The notes under the pieces were generated by a model. It made no database searches. It was not told the DNA's origin and was given only the letters and a program-made list of their open reading frames with translations. A stretch of 46,322 nucleotides of DNA, from positions 496,001-542,322 of the forward strand of contig JASANG010003582.1 in the NCBI GenBank assembly GCA_030248215.1, in the 5' to 3' direction. The stretch comes from Enoplolaimus lenunculus (Eukaryota). Below are positions 1 to 15,046 of this stretch, piece after piece. The translations under genes and the position numbers were made by a program. The number at the start of each line of letters is the position of its first letter. The first letter of the stretch is position 1.

Positions 1-1820
1 TCGTTGTACTGTAATGTATGCTTGTCGCGTGCATTCGTGCAGCCATATAGTGAACCATGAAACCAGCTTGACAGGCGGACTGTGTGGCGGAGTGGTGAAG
101 CGTCCGCTTGAGGAACTGAATTTCGCCCATTTGAAAACAAAAATTTGAAGTTCTCAGCCAATTCATTAAGACCGATAAGGCCATAGCAAAAAGGTATTTT
201 GCGTATGTAAAATTTAAATATTTTACTTTTACTCGTAACGTTACGCGTTTAAACCAATTGCTTCTGAACTCATAAAATGGTAAATTGATTCCACGCATAC
301 TGGCGTATATTTAGTGTATAATCTGCTTAGTAAAGCACACGAGGTTCTCGTGATTTCTATGGTTTCCGTCTAACATTTTGAGTGTTTGCACTTTAGCTAA
401 TGGAATTCTGATCTAAGCTGGGATTGTATCATAGGGTACTTGAGTGCGCAATGTATATATATTCAATTGAACGGCTTGAAATTGAAGTAGAATTATAAAC
501 TGAATGGACGTTGTAACTTCCTTGGTCCAAATACCAATATATGTATATTGAAATCTTTATGAGAATTATTGGTTTTTGTACGCTTTGCCTCACCTTCAAG
601 GACGGATCATGATCCAGCCGATCCTTAAGGTCGATTTGTGGGCCTTTGTCAGGTTTTTGTTGAAAAACCATGTGCCAAAAATATATTTCTTCATTCAAAA
701 TTGTTGGATTTTGACACACTTTTCCTTGGACGCCTAAACGTGTGATCCGAGCGGTTGCGGCGTCACGGGTCTCCATTATGATCTGCTCTTGCAAATATTG
801 TAGGTTACGGTTTAGGCTAAAGCTTAAGCACATTTAAGCAAAAAGTTAGGCTTTGGCGTTCGGCTTTGGCTTATGCATAAGCCTGCTTCTAAGCTTAAGC
901 CTAAGCGTGAATTTGGGTGGAAAGTGTGCAAGGTCCAAAGTACCTTTCGTACTGCAATTGTATTGCAACAATATACCTAAAACAATACTGTTATTACTGA
1001 ATTAGAAGGGCTGGCCGAAATCCAGGGTCGCAATGTTACTAATTAATCGAGATTAGATTTCAACAATCACGCAGGGTTAAGGTTGTAAACATTTTGCGTA
1101 ACTGCAAATACGTGTTATTTTTTCAATACAATGACAATATATATTTCAATTCATTCTATTGACATGAATTGAACAGGTCCATTGGCAATTTATGGTCTAC
1201 ATATTGCCAAAATACTGTCCATTTGTCAGCAAGAGAATAAATTAATGTAGCTAAGTATTTTAATTTGAGATTTTAAATTTGGACAATTATAGATCCAAAA
1301 GTGTGTAGCCATGCTGTCAGCAGAAATTTCCGTTAAAATTTTCGTTTTTAACCACTTAATTGCGATTGATATATTACTAAATAGAGTAAAAGCGATGAAG
1401 TACACAAAGCGGTACTCAGTGTTATTTTAGGCCCGCAGCCAGATCAACATGCTTGAGGGGATACTAATTTCAGAGTGGTGTCTATTGAGTTCAAGAGACT
1501 TACAAGTAAGGGTGATTTTTTTCTTGATGCCGAATTTTTTCTACGGATTACGAATTACAAGTAGATAAATAGCCAAATTCTGTTCAAAGGAGTATTTGAC
1601 CGGCACATACTGGTAGAAATCTCGAGTGGAAAAAATTTGAAATTTCACACTTTTACGTTATTGAAAAACGCAAACTGACAGACGGAAACTGATTAAAGAA
1701 AACTGCCACAAGTCCATTTTCAAAAAGACTCAGAACTGTGCCACTATCAATTTTAGACATATTTTTAATAGAAACGGTAGTAATTAGTCGATTTTTGAAT
1801 GCGGACAAATTCTTATTTCT

Positions 1821-2033
1821 GGGCCCATATTCTCAAACGCGTATAGAACCTATCATCAGTTAGCGATAGGTATTCAAACTGACGAACATCAGAAAATTGC
1901 AGGTCTCAAAATTGGAAGAAAAGCAGGGCAAATCAAACGCGAACATTGTAGTGAACGATGCGCTGATTTCAAAGTTACAGAATATATCACCAACTGGTGA
2001 TAGGTGCTGCACACATTTGAGAATACGGTCCCA
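1821..2033. mobile_element. MITE with ~40-bp TIRs (..ACCTATCA / TGATAGGTGCTGCACACATTTGAGAATACGG)
   Basis: Inverted termini; second copy at about 39610-39831. Confidence 0.7.
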
Positions 2034-3543
2034 GATTTTAAAAAATTGGAAGGGGTCGAGGGGCGATGTCACCCCATTATATACAATAAAACGCAAAAAC
2101 ATCGATGCTCCAGTGGCGAAATCAGACCCGTAGCCATCTTACCTTGCTAGGGGTTGGTTAAAAATTTTTCAGGAAGGGCATCCAAGGGTTTGCAATGAGT
2201 TACAAGCAAGGTTAAAAATTCTCTAGGGGTGTGCTAAAGACTTTCTAGGAGGGCTATAATACATTTGAAGTGCACACAGAAATATACAAGCTACAAGATA
2301 GCAGTTCTATATTAAGTGTTACGTATTATTATTGATCAGTTAAAATTTTTACCATCTCTTGAATCGGCGGGCACCTTGAAAGTTGAGTCTAACCTGGTTA
2401 ATTGCATGGTTTGGCTTTCCAGGCCATTTCAAGTTGTTTACCAAATTTGAATCAACAGCATCATTTCGCAACTGATCCAATATTTCAAATTTAAGAATGT
2501 TTTATTTACAAATTTTCAATTGGCGTTTCAATTTTAAATTTGTCTAAGACAGCCAAAACGAATGAATATATATACTTGACCACATCATGCGGTTATTCAA
2601 ATGCGAGCCTACAATTGAATAAATAGAAATTATGATTCCAATAATCAAATTTTATATTGAGAAATTATCCTTGTGTAAATTGAATTGACAACAAATATTA
2701 GATATATTCGCTTCCGGGGCAGATAATTTAAAATGATACAAAGACAAATGCTGAAGGAACAAGGAATGTGCTAAACTGATGAGGGTAGTTGCTAGTTATT
2801 TTTGCGAAAATAGCCCGCAGCTTGTACAGGGAGTGGAACCGCAATTCCGGTTTTCGTAATGAAATCAGGCACTTTCCACTATCCGGTTTAGCGGTTTCGC
2901 GGACCAACTGAAGCCGGCCTGGCTAACGCGGCCACAGTTGCGTAAAAATAATTGAAATTTTCGAAAGCGCGGACATACAAAAAATTTCTTACACACTTAC
3001 GTCTCTGAAAACACCTGTGTATAAAATGGAAAATGGTAATTGTGAGGAACGCATGTGTATTTTATGGCATCCACGTATATATAGCATTAAAGGCGTTATA
3101 GCTTTTGACACTCGGAAGTTTTGTTACATAACCGTCCTGTCTTACATTTAGGGCCGTCCCGCTTTCCCGCTGGAGGGATCGCAAGCAATATAGTAGGCTT
3201 ACGTTCTAAACTACAGTTCTGCTAACACTTAAGCTTATCCTAAGCCAGATTTAGGTAAGCCTAGGATGAATTGCGCTATACCTTTCTGTACCGCCCCTCG
3301 CCGGACGCTTCCGCTCGACGCCGTACGTTTCTTAAGAATGATTTTTAGACGTGGCGCACGGCGCCGCACGGTGGTGTACGGGGTCTTGCGACGAGGTTAG
3401 TGCAACTCTCGCGGATCACTTAAAGGGCCCCTTTTCGTCAGGGAGTGCTTTACTTCATTCCTTAGGCGGGGCAAACTTGGCATGGTCCAAATTAACACAC
3501 ATTAGCCACGTAAACTGTGCGTCGACATAAACTACATACTTTT

Positions 3544-3736
3544 TGGCCAATATTACTTTTAAGGCCGTAACAGTAGATTAAGCATATCTCTAACCCTAAG
3601 ATTAAGCATTGAAAAAGTATTTCTAAACCTAAGCCTAAGCCTAAGCCTAAACCTAAGCAAAAAATGTTGTCTTGCATCTAAGCTAACTCTTCTGCACTCA
3701 CCGGAACTGGGACGGCTTTTAAAACTACATGGTCCC
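3544..3736 (-). mobile_element. TTAGGC-core MITE, subfamily B
   Basis: Reverse-complement match to 43860-44072; (GCCTAA)n core. Confidence 0.8.
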
Positions 3737-3876
3737 ATATTGTGAAGCATGAGGTTAAAACCTCACTAATCGAGGCAAATCCGCTGTATTCTACATAAGT
3801 AAAAACTAATTATCTTCAAATCCAAAATAAAGATATGTATTACTAATGCAACAATGTTTAATATTTTCTATTTCAG

Positions 3877-3959
3877 TGATCTTGCTCGACACCACGTCAT
3901 CACGACAGAAAACACTTTCATGGGCAACATATTCTTCATCTCAACAAGTTGGTGACGGG
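3877..3959 (+). CDS. Eph: Eph exon: start of ephrin ligand-binding domain
   Basis: tttcag acceptor, GTAAGT donor. Encodes [27 protein letters not shown], matching the Eph LLD..LxW motif. Confidence 0.85.
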
Positions 3960-6900
3960 GTAAGTGCAGCTTATTTCATACTAAATTGTTTTTAAAATAC
4001 AGAAAAACTATTTCTAATTAGCAAGAGAATATTAAAAGTATTAGCGTTGCTACTGTAGTGACCCGATTAACAGGGAGGGACTGATATTTATTTGGCCTCT
4101 CCAGAGCGCATCTCCCTGTTATTCGGTTACAGACTATTTTAAATCCACGCTCCGTCACCCGTCGCTACTAATATATATCTCCGGTATTGCAAATATCCGT
4201 TGGATTAAACGTTTGTTTGTCTTGTGTCACCTTGAGCGATAATGTAAGGTTATACTTAGGAATGTGCTTTGAAACTTTAAGTACGTTTTAAAGTTTCGAG
4301 CTCAAATTATTTGCTCCTGGAGTTATTCATGCACTAAAATTAGCGATAATTGACATTTATGGACTCTAATTAGGGTTTAGGGACTCTATCCGCTTACGGA
4401 CTCTATTTGGGATACGGACTCCTATTGATTGGGACTCAAAATAGGGATCCCCCTCTTATTACCCCCTCTTATTCGGGTCACTACAGTAATTGTTATGTTT
4501 TACATTGATCAAACTACTTGGTATCTGAGGCTAAATTAAAATTTTTGTCTAAATAGCTACGATATTGTAGCGATTTACTAAAAGAATTTATTTAATGTTT
4601 CTTGTAAAGTTTACAGTTGATCGCCTCAAAGAACCGACTTTTGAGCTAAAGTTTTGTACAGACCGAAATATCAGAGGGAATCGATATTTATTTTGCCTCC
4701 AACCATGGGTACTCAATCAATCTAACCCATGCAATGTGGACACCTCACCTCTCTTATATGCCATTTTAGAAACGCAGCTACTGTAGAGATGTGGCGCGCC
4801 GCTGCCAACAGCTTGGCCCTTCCCTGGCTGGAAGTTTTTTCGGATTTTTTCGGTTATACCCTCCAGTCCGCGTTTGTCTAGAAATCGTCGGGTTTATAAT
4901 TTTTTGCATATTTCAGCTTCTCATGTCCTCCCCTGATCATTTCACGCCTAAATTTGAATTTTTGAAAAATTAGATTTTTAAGGTCCCAAGGTCTTCAACC
5001 TTGAGACCTGAAAAAAATTTTTGTCAAAAATTTTGACAAGTTATATACCATTTAACAAAACGTGCAGAGTTGCGTCCAATGGTGTCAATTTTTTTGCATT
5101 CAGACGATTGGTTAACGAGTTATGTCAAATAACTGAAGTTTCCCTGACCCCTGTGGAAACCTTATGGGACCGCTAGTAAGCATTCTTAGAGTGGGGCTGT
5201 GTCATTCTCTATGATAAATAAATTACTTTGAATAATCGAATTTTTTATTGAACTACGTTTGGTTCTTAAAAGTTTTACTATAATTAAAAAAATTGACAGT
5301 TATAAACTCTCGTCAAAACCTGTGGGATCCATTCGTTAAGGGTCTCCAGGGCCGTGCTCAGGTACTTCTAGGCCCCTCACAAAGTTTTAAATTTTAGCAT
5401 TTTCGCGCTACTTGTGAAAATATACGTTTGCATAATTTTTGGTACAAAATCATACACATTTAAAATGTACTTAACCGAATATTTTAGTAATTTAGTCAGG
5501 TGATCGGGTTTCCAATGAAATCCGTCTAAAAACCCATTTTAATCACAAAATAAAATCTATGATAACGGCCGTCTGAAGTGTTGAAATAAACTTTACAGTA
5601 AGAACATACAGTTGTTCGAACAAATTTAGTATCTGCAAGTTGCAGCTGCAATTTCTCGTTGTAGTCACTTGTACCTAGGAATAAGGTTTCATAATCCTGC
5701 ATTCTTAACAGCGAGTTGGACGATACTGTTTATCGGTTGAATTGATGATGTACGACGTTGTTTGAAAATAAACAATAGCTAAGTTAGCTTGCACCTAATG
5801 TGCTGCGAAATTGGTGAGACGTTTCGGAATTTATATTTACATAAATTTTAGTCCAACATGACATATTTGTCGAAACTGTATTAATGAAACTTAAATTGAA
5901 AATCGCCAAAAGAATTTAGTAACTAAAAGTAATCAAATTGTTTTCAAATGAATATTTGCTGAAGCGCAGATACAATCAGAAACATTTCTGCATTTTGCTA
6001 TGCTGCTATTCGAACACCTTAGATTACTGCCAAGAACCAAATAAAATAAAAATCATTTTTGCTCGAAGCTCGAAAGTTTTACACGATTCGCACGTTTGCA
6101 TGTTGAAAATACAAGCGCGTTCCCAGGCTGATCCCCCAAAATAGACTCGGTCGGAAAGTAAACAAGCTTGAATTGCAATTGTAGGAGCCCCTAAAATTAT
6201 TCTGTGCCCCCAGATTTTCTTGGGAAGTCCGTTTGAAAATGGCAGGAGAAACAAGTTTGTTTCAGCTAAGTATGGGTCCTATACGGCGGTAGTTACCACA
6301 ACATTGATGAGCAGATTCGATACTGATTGATATTCAAAGTCAATCCCGAACTCTTACCGAATCATATTCGGGTCACTACAGTAAGAAATTTTAGAGGAAA
6401 CAAACAGGCGTGTAGCGAAGAGCTTATTTCGGCAAGATATAATCTCACGCAAGTTTCGCTACGGCCGAAAAAACGTTTCACCTCTTGAAACGAGTCACCC
6501 TTTAAAACAAAATTAAAATTTATTTAAGCTATCAAAACATCAACAACATTATTTTATTTTTAAGTGGCAAGAAGAATCATACGTTCGCGATCAACTCCGC
6601 ATCAACTGGCGCACATACGTCACGTGTGACGTCATGATCGGGGACGTTCGTAATTGGCTGAGAACGCCGTATATTAGACGTAACGGCGCCCGACGGCTGT
6701 ATATCGAATCAAAATTCACCATGCGCGACTGTCAACACTTTGAAGGATCTGCGAAAACGTGTAAAGAAACATTTTCGTTATATGTTGCCGAAACCGACTA
6801 TCAGTATGTGGAGTCAGGTGCTATAACTAAACGAAACAATGCGTCAACACAGTGGAATGTTGCTGATTTCAAATTAATTGATCGAATTGCTGGAGATAAA

Positions 6901-9900
6901 GGTTTGTTTCTTGAACCAAGGAAGGGTCGCCGCTTGACAACATATGCACAAGATCCACACCATCCATATGCTTATAATATTCACGCACAATAGCAGAACG
7001 CGGAACGCAACACATACTGTCGTAATCTTCGATCGTAGCGTCGTACATTATCCTCTGGCTCCAATGCAATATAAGTTGACCACAGTGTTACTGCACGGTT
7101 ATCAAACTATCGTAGGACACTCGTTTCTGTGGTAATATCCACGTTGACATCATAACTTTGTTCGCTCCACTCTCAACACATTTTCTTCCTTCAACTTGAA
7201 GCCACGCACACGACCCTGTTGCATTGTTCCAATGCTGTAAAAATCCCGTTGTTTTCGTTTAATCCCAACGATGGGCCAGTTAAAATCACTATCATAATAA
7301 ACTTTGAAAATGAAACGATCAGACAGACTTTCACGCGGCAACATAACCTATTCACTTGGCATTTTACCGGCGGGGCAGGAAGCCTTAGGTAAAGACCCGC
7401 CATAAGTGTAGAAGTCGTACAAATTACCGGAAACACCACAATGAACAAATACATGTAAATCTACTTCTTCGGTATTTTAGAAAAATATTGCTTTCGCACG
7501 CTTCTTTCTTTAAACGGAATCAATTGTAGCATCAATAGAATGTTTGTCTTCCGGCGATATTTTGCGGCTGTTATCTTGAAACGTTGCCAGAATAGGTCGG
7601 AGTTTGAAAAGGCGATCCCGTTGGGGTCATTAGGTTGTGGCAAATTACTGTTATTGTTGAAGTGTAAAAACCGTTTCCACGAGTGGAACTAGTTTCTGGA
7701 TATATAGTCAGATGTACAAAAAATGCACCGAAGTCCGAATCCTCATCTTCCGTACATTTTTCCGCTTCAAGCCCGTACAATCCGTCATCACTGGCGGAAT
7801 CGGACTCCATATCAGATACACCGTCTGGTAATGTAGCTTCTGCTTCATGACTTAGGTTCATGAATTTTACCTTTTATATAAAACCTGCAAAAACCCCATA
7901 ATATAAATTCTAGCAAATACACATGCATACCTCTATGAAGGTCCAGTGGGTCCATGTGCCGCCAAAAGTGAGATACCTTTTGCGGGAAAGCGTAAAACTG
8001 CACCGCTTGGGCACTAACTTGATAGCTCTTGCACTACTGGACTTTATACGGAAAACACTCAACAAAAATTTGTAATCTACGATATCTGGGAGCTGACACA
8101 ATCACCCTCCGTATCACAGTACCGACGTTCGAACTTACAACATTAAAATTTTGCTAAAGAAAACTAGCTATGTATATGTTTTAACTTCATAAATAACGTC
8201 TTATTTGGAGTCGTATAGACCCAGCTGAAATTTGTCGATAACGAAATTAAATTTACCTAAAAATTGCTTTATATCAAAGGGGTAAGTTAAACATGGTAAA
8301 AATAATTAACAGATACATGTTTTCGCAGGTTGTATGCATATTTAAATTTTATATATTGAAAAATTAAGCAATTCCTACAGTTGCTTGTCTGGGTGTCACG
8401 CACATCAACTATCTTAACCGTGGGTTACGTGGATCGACGTGTCGACCCTAACACGGCACGGCACGGTAGGTTGTAAAATATAAGCGGTTTGGTTAACAAG
8501 TAAACTACCTCACAGTTGACCTGGTCTTTGAGCCTATCGCAAACGTCCTATCGCATTGAAATCTGGTGCTTGACCTTGGTAACTGATGAAGTCGATCATC
8601 TCATACACCACCAGAGGATGTCTGTGTGTGGCGAAGTTACCAGGCCTGCACGGCTCTTAGGAAGCTCAAAAAATACAAAAGAAAATAACTACATAGTACG
8701 TAGTTTTTAATTTTTCGCCGCTTTTCACTATAAAATACATAACGGATCAGCTAATTCTCATTCAGAAAAATAGTTATTGACATTAGCGTTTTGCATGTAC
8801 AAAACCACCAACAGTATTTTCTACCTCGCTTGTGTTTGAGGCTCAACATCATACACGAGTGATGCCACTGAAGGATCCAAGAGGGAAACCCAGCAAGGTG
8901 TAGACCCCAACAAAGATAGAAACTTAAAATTTTCATTACGACCTTATACTAAAATTGCAGTTGGCTTCGCGTTCACTTCGTTCACGAGATTATTTCACTA
9001 TTATATCACGCGTCTTTCCTATCAAAAATTTCTAAATTCACCACTACCTCCACCACACTCCTACATGAGACATCAATGAAGGACAGTAAATTGATAGGAA
9101 GAGCGGTACAAGTGACAAGAACATATAGAAAGCCCACAAACTCAGCTACGTTCTACAGTCAGCTCAGCAGTATTCTCATCATGATAAAGTCTATTTAACG
9201 TTGTGTGACACCGTTGAGTGTTACATATTGTCTGGTACCAAATTTTCGACTCGCGTAAACCAGTAAATCAGGGAACAAACTACTTAACTTGATATCGCAC
9301 TGTCATTTCAAAATAACACCTTACAGGTTATGTCTGGGAGTGCTGGAGCTGACACGGGTAAGGGCTCCCCCGAAGCTTCAGGGTGGGGTCCCATAAACTC
9401 ACGAGCGAAGCGAGCGAGAAACCAGACGCATTTTAAAACTTCGACCCCGTTAGGTATGTGACCCCCAACTGGGGGATAGGGGCGGGTGGCTGCTGCGGCC
9501 CTGATAATATTTCTTACTTCGTGTAACAAGTATTACACACTGATCTATCAAGTGCGTAGTTAGGATGTCAGTTCGGCACGAAATAATCTCAGAAAAATTG
9601 TTGACTTCTAGTATCGCGAAATATTCTAATTACTGTTAAAATTGTTTTTCTTGTTTCTCTCAAGAAGTTTAGGCCGGCGATATATCCCCCCTATCCGCCT
9701 CTTGTATGCGCCATTATGAAGTAGAAAACTTGTTCGCGTGATCACACTTCGCGTGATCACACGATAAAACCTATATAAGTTGCAACTCGTTGACCCTTGC
9801 AAGCATTCTGAAACCTTTTCCGCCATATCTTCCCCTGCCCCCAAATCCTTCATTCTCCAATGCTCCACCCCTCCTCCTCAACCTTCTCGCTAAAGCGGAG

Positions 9901-12900
9901 GAGGTGAAGGAAGATTGGGGGGGCAAAAGCAACATTTTTACACTTCTCAACTTAAATCTAAAGAACACACATTGCTTTCATTAAACAATTGCATTAACCA
10001 TTTCTGACACTGATGTACATACTTTCTATTTGTCTAAGAAGTTAAGGTAGGATTTGAATCCCACTCTCACGGGCGGGAGAAGTTTACGATGACTACTGAG
10101 CTATATGAGCTTGACGCTCCATCGCGAAGGGCTTTCACGTCTTGTGGAGGTTTTACATCGAGCATATATATTCGTAATTGTTAAACACTGCTCACTGTGT
10201 CTGTATTGCTCGTATAATTTTTATTTAGTTGCTCAAAGTATGCTCTATGATTGAAAAAGTTAAATGCATTTTTTCAGGTCGTTTTTCAAAAGCACAATCG
10301 TTACAAAGTGACCGAGACACGAACACTGAGATTAGAAGTGTTGCCGTATCGAAAAATGGTGTTTATTTTGCGTTTTTGGATGAAGGCTCGTGTACTTCGT
10401 TGTTATCAGTTAAGGTTAGCTCACACTTTTTCGTTCAATGTTGATGAATTTTCATTTCAAGACTATTAGCGGAAACAATGCCGTATAATTTAAATTTGTT
10501 CATGGTTTTGTTCTAGCGTAACTTATTTTGCAACCCATTTGTGCCCTTATCTAAGAGGGACAGACACGCATTGGCAACTCCTAGAAAATTTTCAACCTTT
10601 CTTGCACTATTTATGTCAACGAAAACCCTTGTATGCCGTCCTGAACATTTTCTCACAAATAGCAAGGTGAGTTGGCTATTGGCTTGAGACCAATAATATA
10701 CTGTATTGACCCGAATAAGAGGAGGTGATTGATATTTATTTGGCCTCTCCAGAGGGTACCACCCTTGTTATTCGGTTACGGACTGTTATTTATTTTTAAT
10801 CCACGCTCAGCCGCCCTTCGTTACTGATATATATCCGGTACTGCAATTATCGGTTAAATTAAACGTTTATTTGTCTTGTGACAAGGTTATACTTAGGAAT
10901 GTCTTGCCAAAATTTGAATTCACTTTAAAGTTTCGCACTCAAATTATTTGGTCTTGGAGTCATTTATGCACTACAATTAGGAATAACTGACCTTCATGGA
11001 CTCGAATTAGGGTTTAGGGACTCGATCCGCTTACCGACTTTTATTAGGAATACGGACTCCTATTGATTGGGACTCAAAACGGAAACTCCCCCCTCTTATT
11101 GCCCCACACCCACTTATTCGGGTCACTACAGTAGGAGCTTTCAATTTATGAATTATATACAATATTGCTTGGGATTCTGAAACTCTACTTAACTACTACT
11201 TAAGTACGCGCTCGGCGACTTAAGTAATTAGTTAAATATAACTTAAGTAACTACTGCTTAAGTACGCGGTCGGCGACTTAAGTAATTAGTTAAATATAAC
11301 TTAAGTGAATGCTTAAGTAAGGTTTCAACAAACACCGGCTAATATGTGGTCACATTGATTTTGTAGGTTTACTACAAAGTATGCGAAGCAACAACAATCG
11401 GTCTGGCGCATTTTCCACAAACGCATACAAGCGCTGAACAATTTTCAATTGTCAAAGTGCACGGTAGATGCATTTTGCATGCAATTGCTAGCAATTCTGT
11501 GTCAAATGTGTCAAGTGCAACGCGCACAGGGTCGCAAACAATTGCACAACAGCGATCGATCCCGGAATATTTATGCAAATCAAACGGACACTGGGATCAT
11601 TTGAGTTATCCGTGTGAGTGCGCAGCTGGCTATACGGTCACCGGAGCACAGTGTGTAGGTAAGTTGATTCAGGTAGACGGGAATGACCTATTTTTTAACT
11701 ATTTAGCTAGAAAGCACATTGTACGCTGGAAATGAATGATTATCATCGCAGAGCGTTCTGGGTTCATACATTCGGATTTAGACCATCAGGGTCTCATCTA
11801 ACTACGAGTCTGGAGATATTTTATGTCTGATACATAGTGATGGTAAAACTCTTCTACTTACTTTGGCCAGATATAAAGTCAAACGGCTTAGGCTCAGTGC
11901 TAGGCTTAGAAAATTGTTTGGGCAAAAGTTTAGGCATAGATTTAGGCGGAAGAGATTTCCTAAACAACCTAAGTCTAAGCCTGGTGGGGACAGGGAACAA
12001 AAACCCAGGTTGTCACACCTCGTAAGCCCAAAATGTGCGCTGCGTTGCAAAGCCATTTTACGGTTCAATTTGGTGTCAACTCAAAGACTGACCTGTTTGA
12101 TTGGTTTCGTAATATTTCTAACTTTAACCCGTTTGTGACGGAGACCCGGATGTTATTTTTGTTGCATTTCACCAGTTGAAAATCGCTGGCATTTATGCCC
12201 CAGCTTATTTGCACAGTTAATGGATTTTAATCGTTCCGTTCGACACAAAATTACAAATAGCAACAGCATTGCATTATGGTTTGTTGGTTTTGAAAAAATA
12301 CCGCAATGTATACGGGCGTCAAATTGGGACTGTGTCAATAATTGTTTTGAGTCAAATGCTAAGACCTCAAACGGGCCCGTAGCCATAGGGGGGCCACGTG
12401 GCTCAGCTCCCCATGGAAGTATTTTGGCTTTCTCTAGAAGGTGTTCAGCCGTGCTTGTAAGCCATCGAAAAGCCTTGTATGCCCCTCTTGAAAATTTTTT
12501 TAGCCCTCTGAGCAAGGTGAGCTGGTTACCGGCCTGACCCCAAAGCGTATACAATGGAACCTATATTTGAGTATATCATTCCGAAATTTCTGCAGAAGAC
12601 AAGAATTACGCACTATGACAGTCGTTCGACAATACCTGGAGCATTCTAGGGGTACAAAACAGAATTCGAATGAAATTATTCCTGCTTAATCCGGGGGGGG
12701 GGGGGGCAAGTTTAGAGATGCTGCCAACGCGTAGGCCCCAGAACTGAGATCCTGATTCTGAGGTTTTTCAAAGCGAATGTGTCGTTAGAAATTAAACATT
12801 GATGACGCTTTGGTTGTTGCTATCTTGACCAAACACTATATTCAGTTTGACAACGTTTATTGCACGTAAATAATGCGATTAAGCTCTGAATTAGCAACAT

Positions 12901-15007
12901 AAACCATATTACATTTGAGCTCAAACTCGATTAAGTCGAATAATAAATGGTTATATCGTTGGTTATTTTATGTTTTTGGATTTGAATTATGGGACAGACA
13001 CGTTAAACAGCAATAGTTATCGCAACCAAAACCATAACTAAAGGCTTGCTTTACAAGCCAATTATGTAGCTAACACATAATTCATCGAATCACCGGCGAA
13101 TACTATCAGTCAGTGCCGGAGCAGGCTGGGGTGGTGGCTCTCCCCCCCAATTCCAGGATGGATGTCCCAAACTCGCGAGCCGAGAAGACATAAGCATTTT
13201 AAAACCTAAGCGGTATTGTTTCAACTGGTTAGGGTTCGGGCTCTTTTGGGAGCATGTGGGGTGGCTGCTCCGGCCCTGCTATGAGTAATAGTAAAGGTTT
13301 ATATCAATGCTTATTTGTCAGGTCACAGTCCATCCGTAAAACGATCCGGCCCTCTTCTATACATGGGCCTAAATTGGTATCTGTTAACCTTTGCATTGTT
13401 AACTTTCTTCAGTTTATGATGATGTTAAATACTGAAATTCCGACAGTTCATCGCCGGATAACTTGTCCCTTAACAGTATCCTAAAGTGTATAAATAAATC
13501 TAGGCATAATCTGAATTGTCGAGTCGATGAAATTTCGGATTATAAGTTGTCGGGTAACGAGTTTTCGGTCGACGGATTGTCGCGATACCGTTAACATTTT
13601 AGGGATGCTCCAAATCATGTCGGACTCCATCTTACAATCCACTACGTATATTTTATTGCAATAAAACAGCCATGTTGTATCAGTCAGCGCAAATGTTACA
13701 TACACTATGTACAGATTGAGCAAGTCCTATATTAGTAAGAAATAGAACCAGAGTGGGATGTGGGTGCGTATTTTTACCTGACTAGTGCTTTACCAACGCA
13801 AACAAGAATTTATTACGAGCGGGTATACCCGCGCTAAAAACATCTACCCGCAACTCATGATGTACCCACGTTTGAAGTTACAACCGGTAGGGTTTTCGCC
13901 AGCAGGATGTTTTTTGTCAAACATTGGTGAAGGGTGTAAATCAATTGCGAATGTGTTCATCAACTCTAAGAAAATTGTTACGATCGGTAGTCGAGCTAAA
14001 CTTTTCTTGCTTTAATTAAAAATCACCGCAGTTTCCAATTGCTGTTGGTAAAATTTGGGCAAACCGGAAACTGCGTATATACGGACTGCAAAAAAATGGT
14101 GAGTCAAAGTGAGTCTCTCTGAAATAGGCTTTTCCGGACTACACAAACTGAGTCAAAATTCGACTCCGCCAGAGTCAAATTCGTCCAACTGAGTCGCTCG
14201 GTGAGTCAAATTTGACTCTGGTGGAGACGAATTTGACTCACTTTGTGTTGTCCGGAAAATCCTATTACGGAAAGAGTCAATTTGCGTCACCATTTTTTGC
14301 CGTGCAGTGCAGTAAGCCAACTGGTATTTAAATATGATGAAAGCCCACAAGCTGTTAATGGTTATATATTGCGAGTGATATATACGTTCACAAGGGCTGT
14401 GTACGCATTTTATAATTTGCCATAGATCAAATTTTTTAACAAATCAAAAATTGCTAAACAACATATATTTTAGTCACATGATTGGAAAAAAACTATCACA
14501 TGGTACTATCACTCTCTCACTGCCCTTGTCGTTAGCCTCTATGTTTTTGCAAGAATAACACGGTATGCATTGCCCTTGCTTGAAAATAATTCACTAAAAC
14601 AAAAAAACAAGCTCTTGTAGACTTTCCCGCACATTTTAGGTTACGGTATAGGCGAAAGTTTAGGTTCTAAACTTAGGCATAGGCAAACCTTGGCCCAAGT
14701 CTAAGCTTAGTCGTCACTGTAGGACAGAAAGCATACAGTAGGATCGAAATACTTTGATTTTTTTGCTTTAAAACTGTTTTAAAATTGTTACAGGTTGTGA
14801 CCGAGGACTCTTCAAGCCGACAGTTGGTAATCAGTTGTGTGAACGTTGTCCACCGAATTCGTTCGCTCCTAAAACAGCAAGCATTTCGTGCATTTGTCGC
14901 GCTGGTTACAAACGCGGCAATCCAAGCAATTACTCCGAGCCCTGTAGAGGTACGTTTGTCAACGCAAGTTGAGAATTCAATTTTTTTACAATGTCTAAAA
15001 CAACGAC

Positions 15008-15046
<39 letters not shown>

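Noticed and set aside
429..833. 134-aa minus-strand ORF
   Set aside because: No recognisable motif, starts within a TTAGGC array, no splice support.
1..3876. Search for the Eph first exon (ATG plus signal peptide) and promoter
   Set aside because: No ATG-hydrophobic segment ending in a phase-1 donor could be supported; probably upstream of the window.
12693..12706. Poly-G tract (similar runs at about 24890 and poly-C at about 46175) as a functional G-quadruplex
   Set aside because: Short homopolymers mostly within decayed GC-rich MITEs; no further evidence.
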